From a virus (taxonomy: Duplodnaviria > Heunggongvirae > Uroviricota > Caudoviricetes): a stretch of 64,000 bases of DNA. Both the position numbers and the translations under genes were made by a program. Positions 62,868 to 64,000 of the stretch are shown here, piece by piece. The stretch lies in IMG/VR virus record IMGVR_UViG_3300035158_000899; one strand, written 5' to 3'. Every line of letters starts with the position of its first letter. Position 1 is the first letter of the stretch. The notes below the pieces were generated by a model. That model saw only the letters and a list, made by a program, of their open reading frames with translations. It was not told where the DNA came from and made no database searches.

Positions 62868-63353
62868 ATGAAGCTCTTTTCTTTTGTATTATTGCTGCCC
62901 TCTTACGCATTTGCGGATACTGCAGTTAATGTAACACCGACTGTTTCTTTAAAGACTCACCCTATATTGCAGTATGGCATAGCAGGTGCATTAATGTTTT
63001 TTGTTGTTACGAAATTAATAGGATTAGTTAAATGGGTAATAGATAAAAAAACAAAAAGCAGCAATAATAATAACAACAACACTGCGCGATTAGTTGCGGA
63101 TATTTTAAAACAAGAAACCAACAGAGATCAAAAGGTTTATGAAAGAATCAATGCAGTTGAAAAAGGGATTAATGAAAGAATCAATGCAGTTGAAAAAGGG
63201 ATTAATGAAAGAATTGAAGCAATTAAACAAGATGTAGAAGATATTAAATTACAACAGGCTAGCTTACCAGGAACACTTTTTCAAGAATTTGTTACTAAAG
63301 AAACCTGTAAAGAGAGACGGGATTCATGCCCAGCGGTGCAAAAAAGAAGTTAA
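62868..63353 (+). CDS. Secreted/membrane protein with poly-Asn tract and tandem 11-aa 'ERINAVEKGIN' repeats
   Basis: Signal peptide 'MKLFSFVLLLPSYAFA' and a second TM helix. 33-bp tandem DNA repeat at 63141-63230; (aat/aac)n tract at about 63060-63080. Confidence 0.5.
   Translation: MKLFSFVLLLPSYAFADTAVNVTPTVSLKTHPILQYGIAGALMFFVVTKLIGLVKWVIDKKTKSSNNNNNNTARLVADILKQETNRDQKVYERINAVEKGINERINAVEKGINERIEAIKQDVEDIKLQQASLPGTLFQEFVTKETCKERRDSCPAVQKRS
63141..63230 (+). repeat. About 2.7 copies of a 33-bp in-frame tandem repeat 'gaaagaatcaatgcagttgaaaaagggattaat'
   Basis: Two perfect copies followed by a diverged partial copy. Confidence 0.85.
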
Positions 63354-63652
63354 TACTGTTAGAGTATAACGGTGCGCTAAAATTTATTGAAGAAGAATTT
63401 AGCGCAGAATATGAAGTCACCACTATCAAATACCCGATGACATTTTTGACAAAAATTGTATCTGAAAAGTATGATATGATAGTAGTAGATTATTTAAATC
63501 CTTTAATACCATCGCGAGTATTAAAAGAAAAATTAGATACGATATTGGGTATTGGGAACTATTACGTTTTAGCGCACGATATGGAGTGTGCTGCAAAAAA
63601 ATTTGAAACAACAAAATTGATAGAATATAAAAAGTTTAAGGAGGGGATAGCT

Positions 63653-64000
63653 AATGTTTAAAGCAGCGGTTGAAACAATTAAAAAAGAATTGCCCCCGAA
63701 ACACAAAGCAGTTGTTGATAAAATAAAAGAAACCGCGAAAGAATTAGGTATTAAAGCATATATCGCCGGTGGTTATGTTCGAGATTTGATTTTAGATAAG
63801 CCAAGTGAAGATATTGATATAATGTGTGAAAGAGATGCTGTTAAGTTAGTTCAAGCTTTAGTTAAAAAACATGCTTTGTCAACACCTGTTACATATGGAA
63901 GATCTCAAGCGATAGCAGTAGTATTGGATGGTTATCCTATTGATTTCATTGATGCAGAAAAAGTAATTTCACCAGTTGGTGGAACGCTTGAAGGTAGAGA
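63653..64000 (+). CDS. tRNA nucleotidyltransferase (CCA-adding) / poly(A) polymerase family protein, N-terminal part (3' end outside the window)
   Basis: 'AYIAGGYVRDLILDKPSEDIDIMCE' is the GG.VRD...G....D.D head-domain signature of class II CCA-adding enzymes. SD 'aaggagggg' upstream. Confidence 0.6.

Noticed and set aside
1-64000. tRNA or other structured RNA genes in intergenic gaps
   Set aside because: The few gaps over 100 nt (6400-6500, 6900-7033, 22640-22760, 27485-27713, 31190-31385, 33200-33420) show no cloverleaf-compatible sequence and no GTTCRANYC T-loop. GTTCGA/GTTCAA matches occur only inside coding regions.
1-64000. Alternative genetic code (TAG or TGA reassignment) as seen in some megaphages
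   Set aside because: Recognisable genes (RuvB, SbcC, NadE, QueC, Tig) are full length and uninterrupted under the standard code, and adjacent ORFs show no pattern of same-frame continuation across a single stop type.

Overview
The window is a densely packed, AT-rich (about 35% GC) segment with essentially every credible gene on the + strand. Intergenic gaps are short, many starts overlap the upstream stop (ATGA), and most starts have a strong Shine-Dalgarno (AGGAGG/GGAGG). There are many small Cys-rich zinc-ribbon ORFs. No tRNA, rRNA or CRISPR array was seen.

Gene content points to a large (jumbo-type) dsDNA phage, or a phage-like element, of a low-GC host with a Firmicutes-style ribosome-binding site. 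No capsid, portal or terminase gene lies in this window.

Genes recognised directly from sequence motifs:
- DNA metabolism: RuvB-like AAA+ ATPase, SbcD(Mre11)/SbcC(Rad50) pair, RNase HII, a Cas4-like PD-(D/E)xK nuclease with a Cys cluster, a CHC2 primase-type zinc finger, a 5'(3')-deoxyribonucleotidase-like HAD protein, a possible gp32-like SSB, and a CCA-adding/poly(A) polymerase-family nucleotidyltransferase that runs off the 3' end.
- Chaperones: a GroES/gp31-like co-chaperonin, a full-length trigger factor homologue, and a MoxR-type AAA+ ATPase with a separate VWA/MIDAS protein.
- Cell wall: an Amidase_3-type N-acetylmuramoyl-L-alanine amidase and two membrane-anchored SLT-domain transglycosylases.
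- Metabolic accessory modules: a probable nicotinamide-to-NAD+ salvage block (nicotinamidase, a nicotinate phosphoribosyltransferase-family protein, NadE) next to an HD-domain protein with the Rel/SpoT-hydrolase signature; and adjacent preQ0-pathway genes queE/queC, where queE carries an in-frame N-terminal LAGLIDADG homing-endonuclease domain.
- Possible nucleotide-signal hydrolases: MBL-fold, HIT and DHH proteins.
- An IS200/IS605-type TnpB (IS1341-like, no TnpA).

Structural oddities include GC-rich compositional islands at 7034-7426 and about 32430-33420, the latter bounded by 46-bp direct repeats and containing near-identical 69-bp tandem repeats. There are also several intragenic repeat arrays and paralogue pairs. 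All functional calls rest on motif recognition by eye, not database searches.
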